Positions 39,176 to 49,661 of a stretch of 64,000 nt of DNA are shown piece after piece. The stretch comes from Spirochaetia bacterium (lineage in GTDB: Bacteria; Spirochaetota; Spirochaetia; SZUA-6; Bin103): the NCBI GenBank assembly GCA_965208575.1, contig CBDBOV010000006.1:576001-640000 (forward strand), given 5' to 3'. A program made the position numbers and the translations under genes. Position 1 is the first letter of the stretch. Each line of letters begins with the position of its first letter. Below the pieces are notes generated by a model, which ran no database searches, was not told where the DNA came from, and saw only the letters and a program-made list of their open reading frames with translations.

Positions 39176-39529
39176 CTACTGGGTAGGCATACCCCGGTGA
39201 TCGAAGATCGTGACGAGGCGAGCAAGCACGTCGTCCATGATCTGCTCGGGAACGGCCTCGACGCGCCTCCCGTTGCGGGCACCGACATCGAGCGCGCGGG
39301 GCTGGTCGCAACGGATCACCCCGGTGGTTCGGGTGCCGGCAACCTGGAGAGACACGGCGAATCCACGCCTGCGGGCAAAGCTCCCGCCCCGGGTAATCGG
39401 CACCACTACCGGTGTCGCGGTAAGCTTGTTGAACGGCGCTGGCGAAACGATCAGCACCGGACGGACGCCCTGTTGTTCATGTCCGGCAGTCGGATCGAGA
39501 CTGACCAGCCAGATTTCGCCCCGCTCCAC
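39176..39529 (-). CDS. mazF: PemK/MazF toxin
   Basis: RGEIWLVSLDPTAGHEQQG.RPVLIVS..FN..VVPIT. Confidence 0.92.
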   Translation of the reverse strand: MERGEIWLVSLDPTAGHEQQGVRPVLIVSPAPFNKLTATPVVVPITRGGSFARRRGFAVSLQVAGTRTTGVIRCDQPRALDVGARNGRRVEAVPEQIMDDVLARLVTIFDHRGMPTQ

Positions 39530-39787
39530 CTATAGCAGCTCTTTACCGACCGGCTTCGCATCCATCCAGGCGCGGTCTTCCGCCGACGGGCTCTCGGCGT
39601 CCTCGCACTGTGCCAACAGCTCATCGAGCGAATACCGGGGCCGTGTCCTCGGCTGAACGACCAGTCGCCCGTTCTGGACGTCAATGTCCACCTTGGCCCC
39701 CACCCCAAGCTCCAGGAGTTCGAGGAGCGCCGGGGGTACCGCGAGCATGATGGAACCGCCGACTCTGCGCAGGTTTGTCGTATGCAT
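39530..39787 (-). CDS. mazE: AbrB/MazE (PemI-like) antitoxin
   Basis: LRRVGGSIMLAVPPALL..RYSLDELLAQC; TATAAT upstream. Confidence 0.9.
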   Translation of the reverse strand: MHTTNLRRVGGSIMLAVPPALLELLELGVGAKVDIDVQNGRLVVQPRTRPRYSLDELLAQCEDAESPSAEDRAWMDAKPVGKELL

Positions 39788-39959
39788 AGCCATCTCTATT
39801 ATACACAAGTATAACCACGTCCAGGAGGTTGCGCGGCGCAAGATCCGCAAGATCCGGGCGCCCCAGCTCAGTGGGTGCCCGGCGAAGCGAGGGATCCGAC
39901 CGGCCAGGGGATGCCGCCGGCGACGCCGCGTGGCTCAGGCCGACCCTTTGAGAGCGGCG

Positions 39960-40155
39960 ACTTCCTCGGCTTCGGTCTGTCGCCCGAGATACCGAGCTGG
40001 GGCTCGCTGCTGAGCCGGGACGGTCGCAAGTACATGGAGCAGGCGCCGTGGCTGGCGCTCTGGCCCGGTCTCTGCCTGACGCTCACCGTGTACAGCCTCA
40101 CATGTTCGGCGACGCGGTGCGGGATCTGCTCGACCCGCGGCTGCGCGGTGCGGGG
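39960..40155 (+). pseudogene. DppC 3' fragment, frameshifted
   Basis: FLGFGLSPEIPSWGSLLSRDGRKYMEQAPWLALWPG..GDAVRDLLDPRLRG. Confidence 0.75.
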
Positions 40156-40337
40156 GGCCGCCTCGGTGGTGCTGCCGCCAGGTCGGCCACGTAACCCGCC
40201 GAACTCCACCACTTCGGCGGCGAAGTCGGCGGCGTGCGTGGGGTTGGCCGGCGTCGATGCCGCTGGCTCCGCTAACTGAAGCGCGGGCGACCTGCGGCGA
40301 GACGCTCGGCAGGCAGGATCCGGGCGGTCGGGCCGGG

Positions 40338-41036
40338 CTATGCTGCGCGGCGGTAGATCCAGGCGTCCCAGGCCAGGGTGTGGGCGGCGAAGATGCGGCG
40401 GAATCCGCCGCCGGCGATGGCCGCGGCGGCGCGGTTCCAGTCGTGGTAGAAGGGGTGGAAGGAGCTGCGCAGCAGCTTGAACACGGCGATGGCGACGCGC
40501 CAGGCGGCTGCCACCAGCCAGTGGGAGCGCGGCACGACCACCGCGTAGAGGCGCTCGGTGCGTTGCAGCGATACCGCCAGCAGGGGGTGGAGGTCGGGGT
40601 AGCAGCACAGCACCTTGTCCAGCACCACCAGATGCGCGGGAGCCAGCTCCGCGGCGCGCTGCACGGCGTCGCCGACCAGGAAGGCGGTCCGCTCGCCAAG
40701 CCCTTCGCGTTCCGCCGCTGCCTGCGCTTCGGCGATCATGCCGGCGGCCACGTCGATGCCGACGGCGCCGGCCGCACCGGCGGCGAGCACGCGGCGCTGC
40801 AGCTCGCCAGTGCCGCAGCCGATCTCCAGCACCGAGACGCCGCCGACGCCGGCCGCCTTCAGCCCGTCGAGCAGCTTGCGCTGCACCGCATCGAGCCCGC
40901 GGCGGCGGTAGCGGCGCGCCAGGCGCGTTGCCTCGCGCGAGAAGAAGCGGTCGGTGCCGGGACAGGGGCCGCCGCGCGAACGCTGCGAACGCCCCGCTCC
41001 TCCGGCCCCGCCGCCAGTAGAGCAGCAGCAGGCCAT
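40338..41036 (-). CDS. Class I SAM-dependent methyltransferase (BchM-like)
   Basis: VLEIGCGTG, GIDVA, DKVLCCYPD. Confidence 0.85.
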   Translation of the reverse strand: MACCCSTGGGAGGAGRSQRSRGGPCPGTDRFFSREATRLARRYRRRGLDAVQRKLLDGLKAAGVGGVSVLEIGCGTGELQRRVLAAGAAGAVGIDVAAGMIAEAQAAAEREGLGERTAFLVGDAVQRAAELAPAHLVVLDKVLCCYPDLHPLLAVSLQRTERLYAVVVPRSHWLVAAAWRVAIAVFKLLRSSFHPFYHDWNRAAAAIAGGGFRRIFAAHTLAWDAWIYRRAA

Positions 41037-41092
41037 GCGCCCATTATGCTGCGCCGGAGCGGCCGGCGGAAGACCGGCTCGTCAGGCGGGAG

Positions 41093-41893
41093 TCAGGCGG
41101 GGGTTTCCGGGAGCATCAGGCCGAAGCCGGCGCCCTGCGGGTCGCGCACGAAGGCGACGCGCCCCACCGTGGCGATGTCGGTCGGCGGCATGTTCACGGC
41201 GCCGCCGGCCGCGGTCACGGCGGCCACCGTGGCATCGACATCGGCGACCTGGAAGTAGACGCTCCAGTGCGGCGGGACCTGCATCTCGAGCAGCTCGTCG
41301 GGCAGCGCCATGAGACCGAATGCCGGCATACCCTCCGCCATCAGCGCCGTGTATTCGACGCCGTGCTCCATGGTCTGACGTGCGCTCTGCACGCCGAGCA
41401 GATCGGTGTAAAACGCCGTCGCGGTATCCGGATCGGTGGTCATCACCTCGCACCACACCATGGCGCCGGGCTCGTACTTCACGCCGGCCCCGACGTGGTT
41501 GCGCGGCTGCCACAGCGCCACGGCCGCACCGGTGGGGTCGCTGAGCACGGCCATGCGGCCCGACTCGAACACGTCGAACGGTTCCATCATCAGCTTCCCG
41601 CCGAGTTCGCTGACCCGCCCCGCGGTCGCGTCCACATCGTCGACGGCGAGGTGAATACTCCAGTGCGGGGGAATGCCCATCTGCCGCTGCTCTTCCTGCT
41701 GCGTGTAGATGGCCGCGGCGAAGGAGCCTTCGAGACTCGCCATGCTGTAAAGCTGCTGGCCCGCCTCGTCCATCGGCATGTCCTCGTAGCTCCAGTCGAA
41801 CAGCTCACCGTAGAGCGACTTGGCCGCCGCCTGGTCGGTTGTGGCCAGGTCGACCCAGCAGGGCGCGCCCGGCGCATGTCGTTCGATCTTCAT
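41093..41893 (-). CDS. VOC/glyoxalase-bleomycin resistance family protein (two domains)
   Basis: GAPCWVDL, GRMAVLSDPTGA, WSVYFQVADVD, DPQGA. Confidence 0.9.
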   Translation of the reverse strand: MKIERHAPGAPCWVDLATTDQAAAKSLYGELFDWSYEDMPMDEAGQQLYSMASLEGSFAAAIYTQQEEQRQMGIPPHWSIHLAVDDVDATAGRVSELGGKLMMEPFDVFESGRMAVLSDPTGAAVALWQPRNHVGAGVKYEPGAMVWCEVMTTDPDTATAFYTDLLGVQSARQTMEHGVEYTALMAEGMPAFGLMALPDELLEMQVPPHWSVYFQVADVDATVAAVTAAGGAVNMPPTDIATVGRVAFVRDPQGAGFGLMLPETPA

Positions 41894-42320
41894 CGTTTGT
41901 CCACCTTTGCGGGAGCCTGTGTAGTCGGGGGCGCCATCGACGCCCGCCGGCGGCCGCTTCGGCTATGCCGTCTGCGGCCGGGCTCCGCTATCGCCGCAAG
42001 GTACTCACGCCGGCGCGGCGTGTCGATAGCATCACCAGGCCAATGTCAGGCAAGCCCGGGTTCGAGGCCGCCGGCGCCGGCAAGATCTTCCACCACACCG
42101 ACTCGCCGCGCGCCCCGGGATGCGGCCGCTGATAAACGATCTCCGCGCCGGGTTGCCGGGCTCCGATGCCCCCGACGCACCGGTGAAGTCCGACTGGAGC
42201 TTCGACCACGGTTCCTACACGTGGAGGCCGGCGTGAATCATCTGCCTGGACCTCGATTCGCTCCGGCGCGCTTACCCGCCCGCCCTCTATCCGGTACCCT
42301 CGCCGGAACGGAGGTTACGA

Positions 42321-43328
42321 ATGGAACAACGCAGGTTCGGGGACAGCGATCTGACCTGTTCGGCGCTCGGGTTCGGGACCTGGGAGCTGAGCACCACCCA
42401 GTACGGGGAGATCGACATCGGGGAGGCGCAGCGGGCGGCCGGGGAGGCGATCGACCACGGCATCACGCTGTTCGACACCGCCGAGGCATACGGGCCCTAC
42501 ATCGCGGAGGAGCTGCTCGGCAAGGCGCTCGGCGCGCGCCGCAAGGAAGTCGTCCTGGTGACCAAGGTGGGGTTCAAGTACGGCGGCGGCCGCCAGGGCG
42601 CACAGTGCTCATCGTTCGACCACGTCGTGTCCAGCACCGAGGGCTGTCTGCGGCGCCTCGGCACCGACTGGATTGATCTAATGCTGATCCACTGGCCCGA
42701 CCACAACACCCCGTACGGGGAGCCGATCGCGGCGCTGGAGAAGCTCAAGCAGGACGGCAAGATCCGCCACTACGGGGTGTCCAACTTCTCCCCGGCGATG
42801 ATGGACGCGTGCGAGAGCGCCGGCCACCTGGCCGCCAACCAAGTGGGGTACCACCTGTTCGACCGGCGCGTGGAACGGGCGGTGCTGCCCTACACGCGGG
42901 CCCACGGCATCGGCTTCATGGCCTACGGCACGCTCGGTTTCGGCCTCCTGACCGGCGCGTTCAATGAGTCCACCACCTTCGTGGACTGGGACTGGCGCTC
43001 GAAGGGTTACGCCTTCGGCCTGCCCCTGTTTCAGCGCGAGCAGTTCCTGAAGCAACTGCGGGTGGTCGAACGGCTGCGCGCTATCGCCGCCCGCAACGGC
43101 AAGTCGGTGGCCCAGCTCGCCATCTCGTGGGTGCTCGGCAACCCCGCGGTCACCGTGGCGCTGGTCGGCATCCGCCGCAGCGAAGAACTGAAAGAAAACG
43201 TGGCGGCGGTGGAGTGGCGCCTGTCCCCCGGTGAACGCCAGGAGATCGACACCATCTTCGCCGACGAGGGAGTGCCGACCCACGCCGAAACCTCACAGAT
43301 CACCGAGCCGTTCCTGCCGGCCCGCTGA
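42321..43328 (+). CDS. Aldo/keto reductase
   Basis: ALGFGTW, FDTAEAYG, VTKVG, IHWPD, YGVSNF; GGAGG RBS. Confidence 0.93.
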   Translation: MEQRRFGDSDLTCSALGFGTWELSTTQYGEIDIGEAQRAAGEAIDHGITLFDTAEAYGPYIAEELLGKALGARRKEVVLVTKVGFKYGGGRQGAQCSSFDHVVSSTEGCLRRLGTDWIDLMLIHWPDHNTPYGEPIAALEKLKQDGKIRHYGVSNFSPAMMDACESAGHLAANQVGYHLFDRRVERAVLPYTRAHGIGFMAYGTLGFGLLTGAFNESTTFVDWDWRSKGYAFGLPLFQREQFLKQLRVVERLRAIAARNGKSVAQLAISWVLGNPAVTVALVGIRRSEELKENVAAVEWRLSPGERQEIDTIFADEGVPTHAETSQITEPFLPAR

Positions 43329-43376
43329 CCGGGACCACGCCCGGCGCACGCCCAGCGCACGCCCCGGCGCCCGGCG

Positions 43377-43630
43377 TCAGTCCCAGGTGAACAGCACCTT
43401 GCCGGTGCGGCCGGTGGCGAACAGATCGAACGCCTGCTGCGCCGCGGCCAGCGGGAAGCGGTGGGTGACCAGGTCGGCGAAGCGCAGGCCGGTGCGGTGC
43501 ATGAGCCGGGTCAGCTCGTAGCAGTCGGCCTCGGTGAACATGTTGGACCCCATCAGGCAGCGCTCGCCGAGCATCGGCCCCACGGTGGCGTTCCGGGCGG
43601 TACCGCCCCAGCCGACGTAGACGCGGTCGT
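43377..43630 (-). pseudogene. Zn-dependent dehydrogenase C-terminal fragment
   Basis: LVTHRFPLAAAQQAFDLFATGRTGKVLF; N-terminus missing. Confidence 0.65.
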
Positions 43631-43770
43631 CGACCCTGCCGCGGCCAAACCGCGACGCGGCGCCGACCGGGGCGGCCCCGGCCAACGCGCCGCGCCTTCC
43701 GCGAGCCGTGGACCAGCCACGGCCGCGGTTACGGACTTTCAGCTAACAGCTACCGCCATTATCCGATTGA

Positions 43771-45492
43771 CTAGTATCCCATCGACGCCTTCATGTCCTG
43801 GTCGATCCACATGAGGTCGAAGAGGCCGTCGTGCACCATGTAGCACGCCTCGCCGTAGTAGTTCTTTACCCACGGCCACCAGAACGTGAACTTGAGCGGA
43901 TGCGGAATGGCGATGGTGAGCGCGTTGTCGATCAGGATCAGGTTCGCCTCGGTCAGCAGCTCCACGCGCTTGTCCTTGTCGAACTCCTTCTCCGCCTCGG
44001 CCAGCAACTCGTCGAAGCGCGCATCGCTGAACCGGTTGATGTTGTTGCGCGCGTCCGTTGCGGCGTTGCCGCGGAACCTCATCAGCGTCAACTCGGTGCC
44101 CCACCACTCGATCCAGGCATCCCAGTCTTCCCGGTCATGCGGCTGTCCCCAGTGCAGGCCGGCTTCGTTGACCTCGATCTCGACGTCGATGCCGAACTGC
44201 TGCTTCCACAAGCCGGCGAACGCCTCCGCTACCGGCGGCGTGAACGGCCGGTTGCTCGACAGCAGCTTCATCTTGAAGCCGTTCGGGTAGCCGGCGTCGG
44301 CGAGCATCTGCTGCGCCTTCTCCAGGTCGTAGGTCAGGATCTCCTTGTGCTGCGGCGGCAGCTCGTCGTACGGCACGAAGCCCTCGGCGCGCCACATCAG
44401 CGGCCACTCCAGCGGCGCGTCGCGCTCGTACACGGTTTGCGCAATCGCTTCCCGGTTGGTGCCGATCGACAGCGCGCGGCGCACCGCCACGTTGTCGAAC
44501 GGCGGCCGGTCCACGCGCAAGCGCATACCGATCACGCCGCCGTAGACGTCGTACGCCTGCTGGATATCGGGATTGGTCATGGCCAGCGAGTCGGCGTGCG
44601 TCTTCTCGGCAAACGACACGTAGTCCAGCTTGGCCGTGCGCAGCGCGGCGATGCGCGTGGTTTCATCGCGAATGATCGGAATCACCACGTTGTCGACGAA
44701 CGGCAGTTGATACTGCTTGCCGTCTATGGTCGTTTTGCGCCAGTAGAGCGGGTTTTTCGCCATGCGAAAGTGGGAGCCCGGCGAATACTCCTCCAGCACG
44801 AACGGCCCGGTTCCGACCATGTTGTTCCAGTCGACCGGACCGGCTTCCACCATCTCCGGCGGAATGTGCCAGCCGCGCGCGAGGTCGAGCAGATCCTCCA
44901 ACCAGATCGGGTTGAAATACTTGGTGTGCAGCTTGACCGTGCTGTCATCGATAACCTCGATCGACTTTATCCAATCCTTTTGCATCACAGCCGTGCCGCG
45001 CGGTGCGTCCAGGAAGCGGCTGATGTTGAATTCGAAATCGTGGGCGGTGTACTCACGCGCTTCCATGACCGGGTTGGGACTCATGCCCGACCACATGACA
45101 CCCGGCCGAATGTGGAATACCAGCGCATCGGGGCTCTGTTCCCAGCGTTCCACCGTGCGCCCCACGTAGAACTTGTTGGGTGGGAACTCACCGTCGAACG
45201 GATACTCGTTGGTGCCTCTCGGCCCGTACTCCTCGACGCCCCCGGTCCACGGTTTCTCACCGATCAGGGTAGCCACCCTGGTCTCGCCGGGAGGTGCCGA
45301 GCTGACCGGATCGCCGGTGCCGTCGGTCTGAATGATGCGCTGCATCACGTTCAGGGTGCCGCCGTATTGCGGTTCGCCCGAGTCCGCGGCCATGTCTCCC
45401 GCCGCCGTGGAGGACTCTTCCTCTCCACCGGCAAACAGCGGCGCTCCGGCCACCAGGAGACCCAGAATGATAAGGGTAAAAAACTTCGTCAT
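43771..45492 (-). CDS. Family-5 ABC substrate-binding protein
   Basis: MTKFFTLIILG..FAGGEEE, PQYGG, VGTGPF, VRRAL, LADAGYPNGF. Confidence 0.9.
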   Translation of the reverse strand: MTKFFTLIILGLLVAGAPLFAGGEEESSTAAGDMAADSGEPQYGGTLNVMQRIIQTDGTGDPVSSAPPGETRVATLIGEKPWTGGVEEYGPRGTNEYPFDGEFPPNKFYVGRTVERWEQSPDALVFHIRPGVMWSGMSPNPVMEAREYTAHDFEFNISRFLDAPRGTAVMQKDWIKSIEVIDDSTVKLHTKYFNPIWLEDLLDLARGWHIPPEMVEAGPVDWNNMVGTGPFVLEEYSPGSHFRMAKNPLYWRKTTIDGKQYQLPFVDNVVIPIIRDETTRIAALRTAKLDYVSFAEKTHADSLAMTNPDIQQAYDVYGGVIGMRLRVDRPPFDNVAVRRALSIGTNREAIAQTVYERDAPLEWPLMWRAEGFVPYDELPPQHKEILTYDLEKAQQMLADAGYPNGFKMKLLSSNRPFTPPVAEAFAGLWKQQFGIDVEIEVNEAGLHWGQPHDREDWDAWIEWWGTELTLMRFRGNAATDARNNINRFSDARFDELLAEAEKEFDKDKRVELLTEANLILIDNALTIAIPHPLKFTFWWPWVKNYYGEACYMVHDGLFDLMWIDQDMKASMGY

Positions 45493-45594
45493 CTTCACTC
45501 CTTCATGAATCTGACAACTGAACCCATGAATGATCGAAGGCATGGCGGGTGGTTCCGGCCTGCCATGCGGATCCCATGTGATATCTTCCTGAAA

Positions 45595-46515
45595 TCACCT
45601 CCTCCGTTGCGAGACGCGAAAGTTGCCGGTGCCGCCGCGCAGCCGCGGATCGAGCAGATCGCGCAGCGCGTCACCGAGCACGTTGATGCCGAACACTACC
45701 GCGGCCAGGGCAACGCCCGGCCACAGCGCCATCCACGGCGCCTTGAACATGTACAATCTGCCGATGATGCCGAGCATGCCGCCCCAGCTCGGTTGCGGCG
45801 GCGGCACCCCGTAGCCGAGGAAACTCAGGCTCGCCTCGGTAAGAATCAGCGACGGCACCTGCAGGCTGAAATTGACGATCGCCGGCGCCATGATGTTGGG
45901 CAGAATGTGCCGGAAGATAATGGATATGGTGGATGTCCCGATGGCGCGCGACGACTCCACGTAGGCGTTTTCCTTGATGTCGATCACGGCGCTGCGGATG
46001 ATGCGCGAGCCGCCGATTCCCCCCAGGATGCCGAGCACCACGATCACCGACCACAGGCTCGCCCCGACCATGGAGACGGCGGCCATCACCAGCACCAGGC
46101 CCGGCATCGACATGACGCCGTCCACGACCCGCTGCACCACCATGTCGAAGCGGCCGCCGAGGTAGCCGCTCAGCATGCCCAGGAACAGCGTCAGCAGGGT
46201 GGCGATCGACGCGCCGGCCAACCCCACGATCACCGACACGCGCGCCCCGAACATGATCTGGCTGAGCATGTCGCGCCCGAGGTTGTCGGTGCCGAGCCAG
46301 TACTTGGCCGATGGCCGCAGCAGGTTCTCGCCGAGATGGATCTCGTTCATCGGGTACGGCGCTATGAAATCGGCAAATACGGCGACGAACAGGAACGACA
46401 GGCTGATCAACATGCCCACCGCGCCGAGCGGCTTTTCCCTGATCAGGCGCTTGAAGAAGTCGACCGCTTTGAGTTGCCGCCGTGCGACGATGATGTCGGG
46501 AGCACTGTCCGCCAC
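45595..46515 (-). CDS. dppC: Peptide ABC permease, DppC-like
   Basis: WLGTDNLGRD, EASLSFLGYG, GDALRDLLDPR. Confidence 0.9.
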   Translation of the reverse strand: MADSAPDIIVARRQLKAVDFFKRLIREKPLGAVGMLISLSFLFVAVFADFIAPYPMNEIHLGENLLRPSAKYWLGTDNLGRDMLSQIMFGARVSVIVGLAGASIATLLTLFLGMLSGYLGGRFDMVVQRVVDGVMSMPGLVLVMAAVSMVGASLWSVIVVLGILGGIGGSRIIRSAVIDIKENAYVESSRAIGTSTISIIFRHILPNIMAPAIVNFSLQVPSLILTEASLSFLGYGVPPPQPSWGGMLGIIGRLYMFKAPWMALWPGVALAAVVFGINVLGDALRDLLDPRLRGGTGNFRVSQRRR

Positions 46516-46538
46516 GTACCGCCTCGCTTCGCCCCCGC

Positions 46539-47531
46539 CTATTGGTAGTGGATCTGCGGATTGAGGAATCCGTAGGTCAAATCGACCACCAGGTTGATCA
46601 ATACCATGCCGCAACCGAAGATGATCAGGGTGCCGCTGACCACCGGATAGTCCCGGAGCCGGGTCGCCTCCACGATCAGTTCACCCATGCCGGGCAGGCC
46701 GAAGATGGTCTCGATAATCACCGTGCCGCCCACCAGGATCGGCATCCACAAGCCGACGTAGGTGACCACCGGGATCAGCGCGTTCTTGAGCGCGTGGCGG
46801 ATGATCACCACCTTCTCCTTGAGCCCCTTGGACCATGCCGTGCGGATGTAGTCCCGGCGCAACACCTCCAGCATCATGGTGCGGTGAAAGCGCATGCTGC
46901 CGCCGGACATCGACAGGCCAAGCACGACGCCGGGAATGATGAACATGGCGAGGTTGCGGCCCACGTCCTTGTGCAGCGGCACGTACATCAACGGGGGCAT
47001 GAAGCCCCACCACACCGCCGGGAACACGATCACCAGCGTGGCCAGCCAGAAGGCGGGAATGGAGATGAACAGGATCGAGAAGCTGCGCACCACGTAGTCG
47101 CCGATGCTGTCCTGCCGGATCGCCGAGTAGGTGGCGATCGGGAACGCAAAGCACTGCCCCACGAGCAGCCCGATAATGCTCAGCTCGACGGTCACCGGCC
47201 ACCTGCGGCCGATCTCCTCCAGTACGCTGTTGGGACGCCACAGGCTGTCGCCGAGATCGCCCTGCAGCACGCCGCGAAACTCGCCGTCCGCCTGCGCCAC
47301 GATGCCGAGCCAGCGCCCGTACTGGTGAACGAGCGACACGTCCATGCCCAGCTCACGCATCAGCGCTTCGCGCGTCGCCTCGACGTCGCCGCCGCCCTCG
47401 ATGGCGAACTGGCTCACCATGATGTCCACCACGTCGCCGGGCACCAGGCGCATCAGCACGAACACGATGAACGTGACCACGAACACCGTGGGAATCATGA
47501 GCAGCAACCGCCTGATCATGTACGTGCGCAC
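46539..47531 (-). CDS. dppB: Peptide ABC permease, DppB-like
   Basis: YMIRRLL, MLEVLRRDYIRTAWSKGL, RDYPVV. Confidence 0.92.
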   Translation of the reverse strand: MRTYMIRRLLLMIPTVFVVTFIVFVLMRLVPGDVVDIMVSQFAIEGGGDVEATREALMRELGMDVSLVHQYGRWLGIVAQADGEFRGVLQGDLGDSLWRPNSVLEEIGRRWPVTVELSIIGLLVGQCFAFPIATYSAIRQDSIGDYVVRSFSILFISIPAFWLATLVIVFPAVWWGFMPPLMYVPLHKDVGRNLAMFIIPGVVLGLSMSGGSMRFHRTMMLEVLRRDYIRTAWSKGLKEKVVIIRHALKNALIPVVTYVGLWMPILVGGTVIIETIFGLPGMGELIVEATRLRDYPVVSGTLIIFGCGMVLINLVVDLTYGFLNPQIHYQ

Positions 47532-47657
47532 GTTTCCTCCCCATCGCCGGCGCCGCGCGCGGCAACCGAGCGGCCTTTATAACACGCACGCTGACAGCCG
47601 TCAAAATCGCCGCGGCCGAACAGGCCGGGCCGGCTGCGCCGAGAGAACCGGCCGCGC

Positions 47658-49661
47658 CTACGGAGCTGGGAGAGCCTGCCGCCCCCGCCGGTAGACCAGA
47701 CGCCACATCCGATCTCCGGCCATCTCCCCGAGATCCTCCCGCACGCCGTCGGACCAGACCACGCGCACCGCGGCAGTAGGCGATTGGCCGAGGCCGAAGT
47801 GCAGCGCGGTGTCGTTGCCGGCGCCCAGGCTCGAGCCGCTCTTCACCTCCTGCATGCGCACCCGGCCGCCGGCGGGTGTCACGAACACCCGCGCCCCGAT
47901 CGCGTCGCGGTTCACCGGCGGGCGCCCTTCCAGCCGCAGCGTCAGCCAGTGGTTGTCGGCCGCGGCCAGGCCCGTGTTGCGGTACAGCGCGTAGCCGGAG
48001 TCGAAGTTGCCGACCACGAAGTCGACCAGGCCGTCGCGGTCGTAGTCGGCGTAGGCCACGCCCATGGTCGGGTGGCGGTGGCGGTGCCAGCTCGGCGGCG
48101 TGGCGTCTTCGAAGTTTCCGTAGCCGCGGTTCCGGAACAGCACGTTGGCATACGGCAGCAGGAAGTCGACCAGCTCGGTGGCATCCTCGAAGTGGCCGGC
48201 ATATCCGCTCGCCGCCAGGAACAGGTCCAGCCAGCCGTCGTTATCGTAGTCGAAGAACGCCGCGCCCCAGCCGGCCAGGCCACCGGGCTGCTCGGCCCCC
48301 ACGCCGGCCGCCTCGGTGGCGTCGCGGAACCGCCCGCCCACGTTCTGCAGCAGCGACATCCCCTCGCCCATGTCCGAGAAGTAGAAGTCCAGGTCCAGGT
48401 CGTTGTCGTAGTCCCCCACCGCCAGCCCCATGCCGTACCCCACGTCCCCGGTCCGGGTCTCGGCGGAGGCGTCGCGCCAGCACCAGCCGCCGCACCCCGG
48501 CCCGTCGTTGCGCCACAGCACGTTGCCGATCGGGTGCTCCACCTTGTCGTTGACCACGTAGATGTCCGGGTCGCCGTCGTCGTCGAAGTCGGCAAAGCTC
48601 GCCGAGAAGGCGGCCCCCTGCCGCTTGGCGCCGAGCAGCCGCGACACGTCCTCGAAGGTGCCGTCGCCGCGGTTGCGGTACAGCCGGTCGCCGGCCAGTT
48701 CCGCCGCGCGGGCGCGCGGGCACTCCGGGAAGCAGCGCCAGTTGGCCACGAACAGGTCCAGGAAGCCGTCGCCGTCGTAGTCGCCCCAGGCGGCGGTGGC
48801 GCCCTTGCCCGTGTCGCCTACCCCGGCCGCGGCGGTAACGTCGCGGAAGCGCATGCCGGCCTCGTTGCGGAACAGCACGTTGCGCCCGTGCGCCACCACG
48901 TACAGGTCGCGCCAGCCGTCGTTGTCGTAGTCCGCCCACACCGCTCCCCCGGTCCAGGTGTCGGCCAGCGCCACCCCCGCGGCCTGCTCCGGGATGCCGA
49001 AGGTGCCGTCGCCATTGTTTCGGTACAGCCGGCTCGGCGCCTGGCCGCCGGCCAGGAACAGGTCCACCCAGCCGTCATTATCGTAGTCGCCCCACGCCTG
49101 CCCGGTGCCCAGGTAGCCGCGCGCAAACGCCTTGCCCGTAAACTCGTCCCAAGTGCCGCGATGCGGCGCATCGATACCGGCCGCAACGGTCGCGTCCACA
49201 AAGACCTCAGCCAACTGTTCCAGTGCCGGCGCCTGTGCTGCCGGCGCCGCCTGTTGTGCTGCCGGCGCCGTCTGTGCTGCCGGCGGGGTCTGTGCTGCCG
49301 GCGGGGTCTGTGCTGCCGACACCGTCTGTGCTGCCGGCACCGTCTGTGCTGCCGGCACCGTCTGTGCTGCCGGCACCGTCTGTGCTGCCGGCACCGTCTG
49401 TGCTGCCGGCACCGTCTGTGCTGCCGGCACCGTCTGTGCTGCTGGCACCGTCTGTGTTGCCGGCGGCGCCTCTCCTGCCGGCGGCGTCTGTGCTGCCGGC
49501 GGCTCCTGCGTCCCCGCCGGTGCGACCGCCAGCACCGTCAGCGCCGCCAGCCCGGCTGCCAACCGGCCGACCGTCAACACCAGCCGTACCCGCTGCGGCC
49601 TCCCCCGCAGTCGCTGGCTGTGACAGACTCTCCGTACCCGTGCACCTCTCACAGATACCAT
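47658..49661 (-). CDS. CRTAC1-family protein (FG-GAP plus ASPIC-UnbV) with N-terminal low-complexity repeat; start uncertain
   Basis: DYDNDGWxD repeats, NHWLTLRL, NRDAIGARV, LHFGLG. Confidence 0.88.
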   Translation of the reverse strand: MVSVRGARVRRVCHSQRLRGRPQRVRLVLTVGRLAAGLAALTVLAVAPAGTQEPPAAQTPPAGEAPPATQTVPAAQTVPAAQTVPAAQTVPAAQTVPAAQTVPAAQTVPAAQTVSAAQTPPAAQTPPAAQTAPAAQQAAPAAQAPALEQLAEVFVDATVAAGIDAPHRGTWDEFTGKAFARGYLGTGQAWGDYDNDGWVDLFLAGGQAPSRLYRNNGDGTFGIPEQAAGVALADTWTGGAVWADYDNDGWRDLYVVAHGRNVLFRNEAGMRFRDVTAAAGVGDTGKGATAAWGDYDGDGFLDLFVANWRCFPECPRARAAELAGDRLYRNRGDGTFEDVSRLLGAKRQGAAFSASFADFDDDGDPDIYVVNDKVEHPIGNVLWRNDGPGCGGWCWRDASAETRTGDVGYGMGLAVGDYDNDLDLDFYFSDMGEGMSLLQNVGGRFRDATEAAGVGAEQPGGLAGWGAAFFDYDNDGWLDLFLAASGYAGHFEDATELVDFLLPYANVLFRNRGYGNFEDATPPSWHRHRHPTMGVAYADYDRDGLVDFVVGNFDSGYALYRNTGLAAADNHWLTLRLEGRPPVNRDAIGARVFVTPAGGRVRMQEVKSGSSLGAGNDTALHFGLGQSPTAAVRVVWSDGVREDLGEMAGDRMWRLVYRRGRQALPAP
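49225..49505. repeat. 18-bp coding VNTR (AAQTVP), about 15 units
   Basis: ACCGTCTGTGCTGCCGGC tandem units, with degenerate units at both edges. Confidence 0.92.

Noticed and set aside
49225-49505. Possible CRISPR array
   Set aside because: Head-to-tail 18-bp units with no spacers, in frame within a CDS; no cas genes in the window
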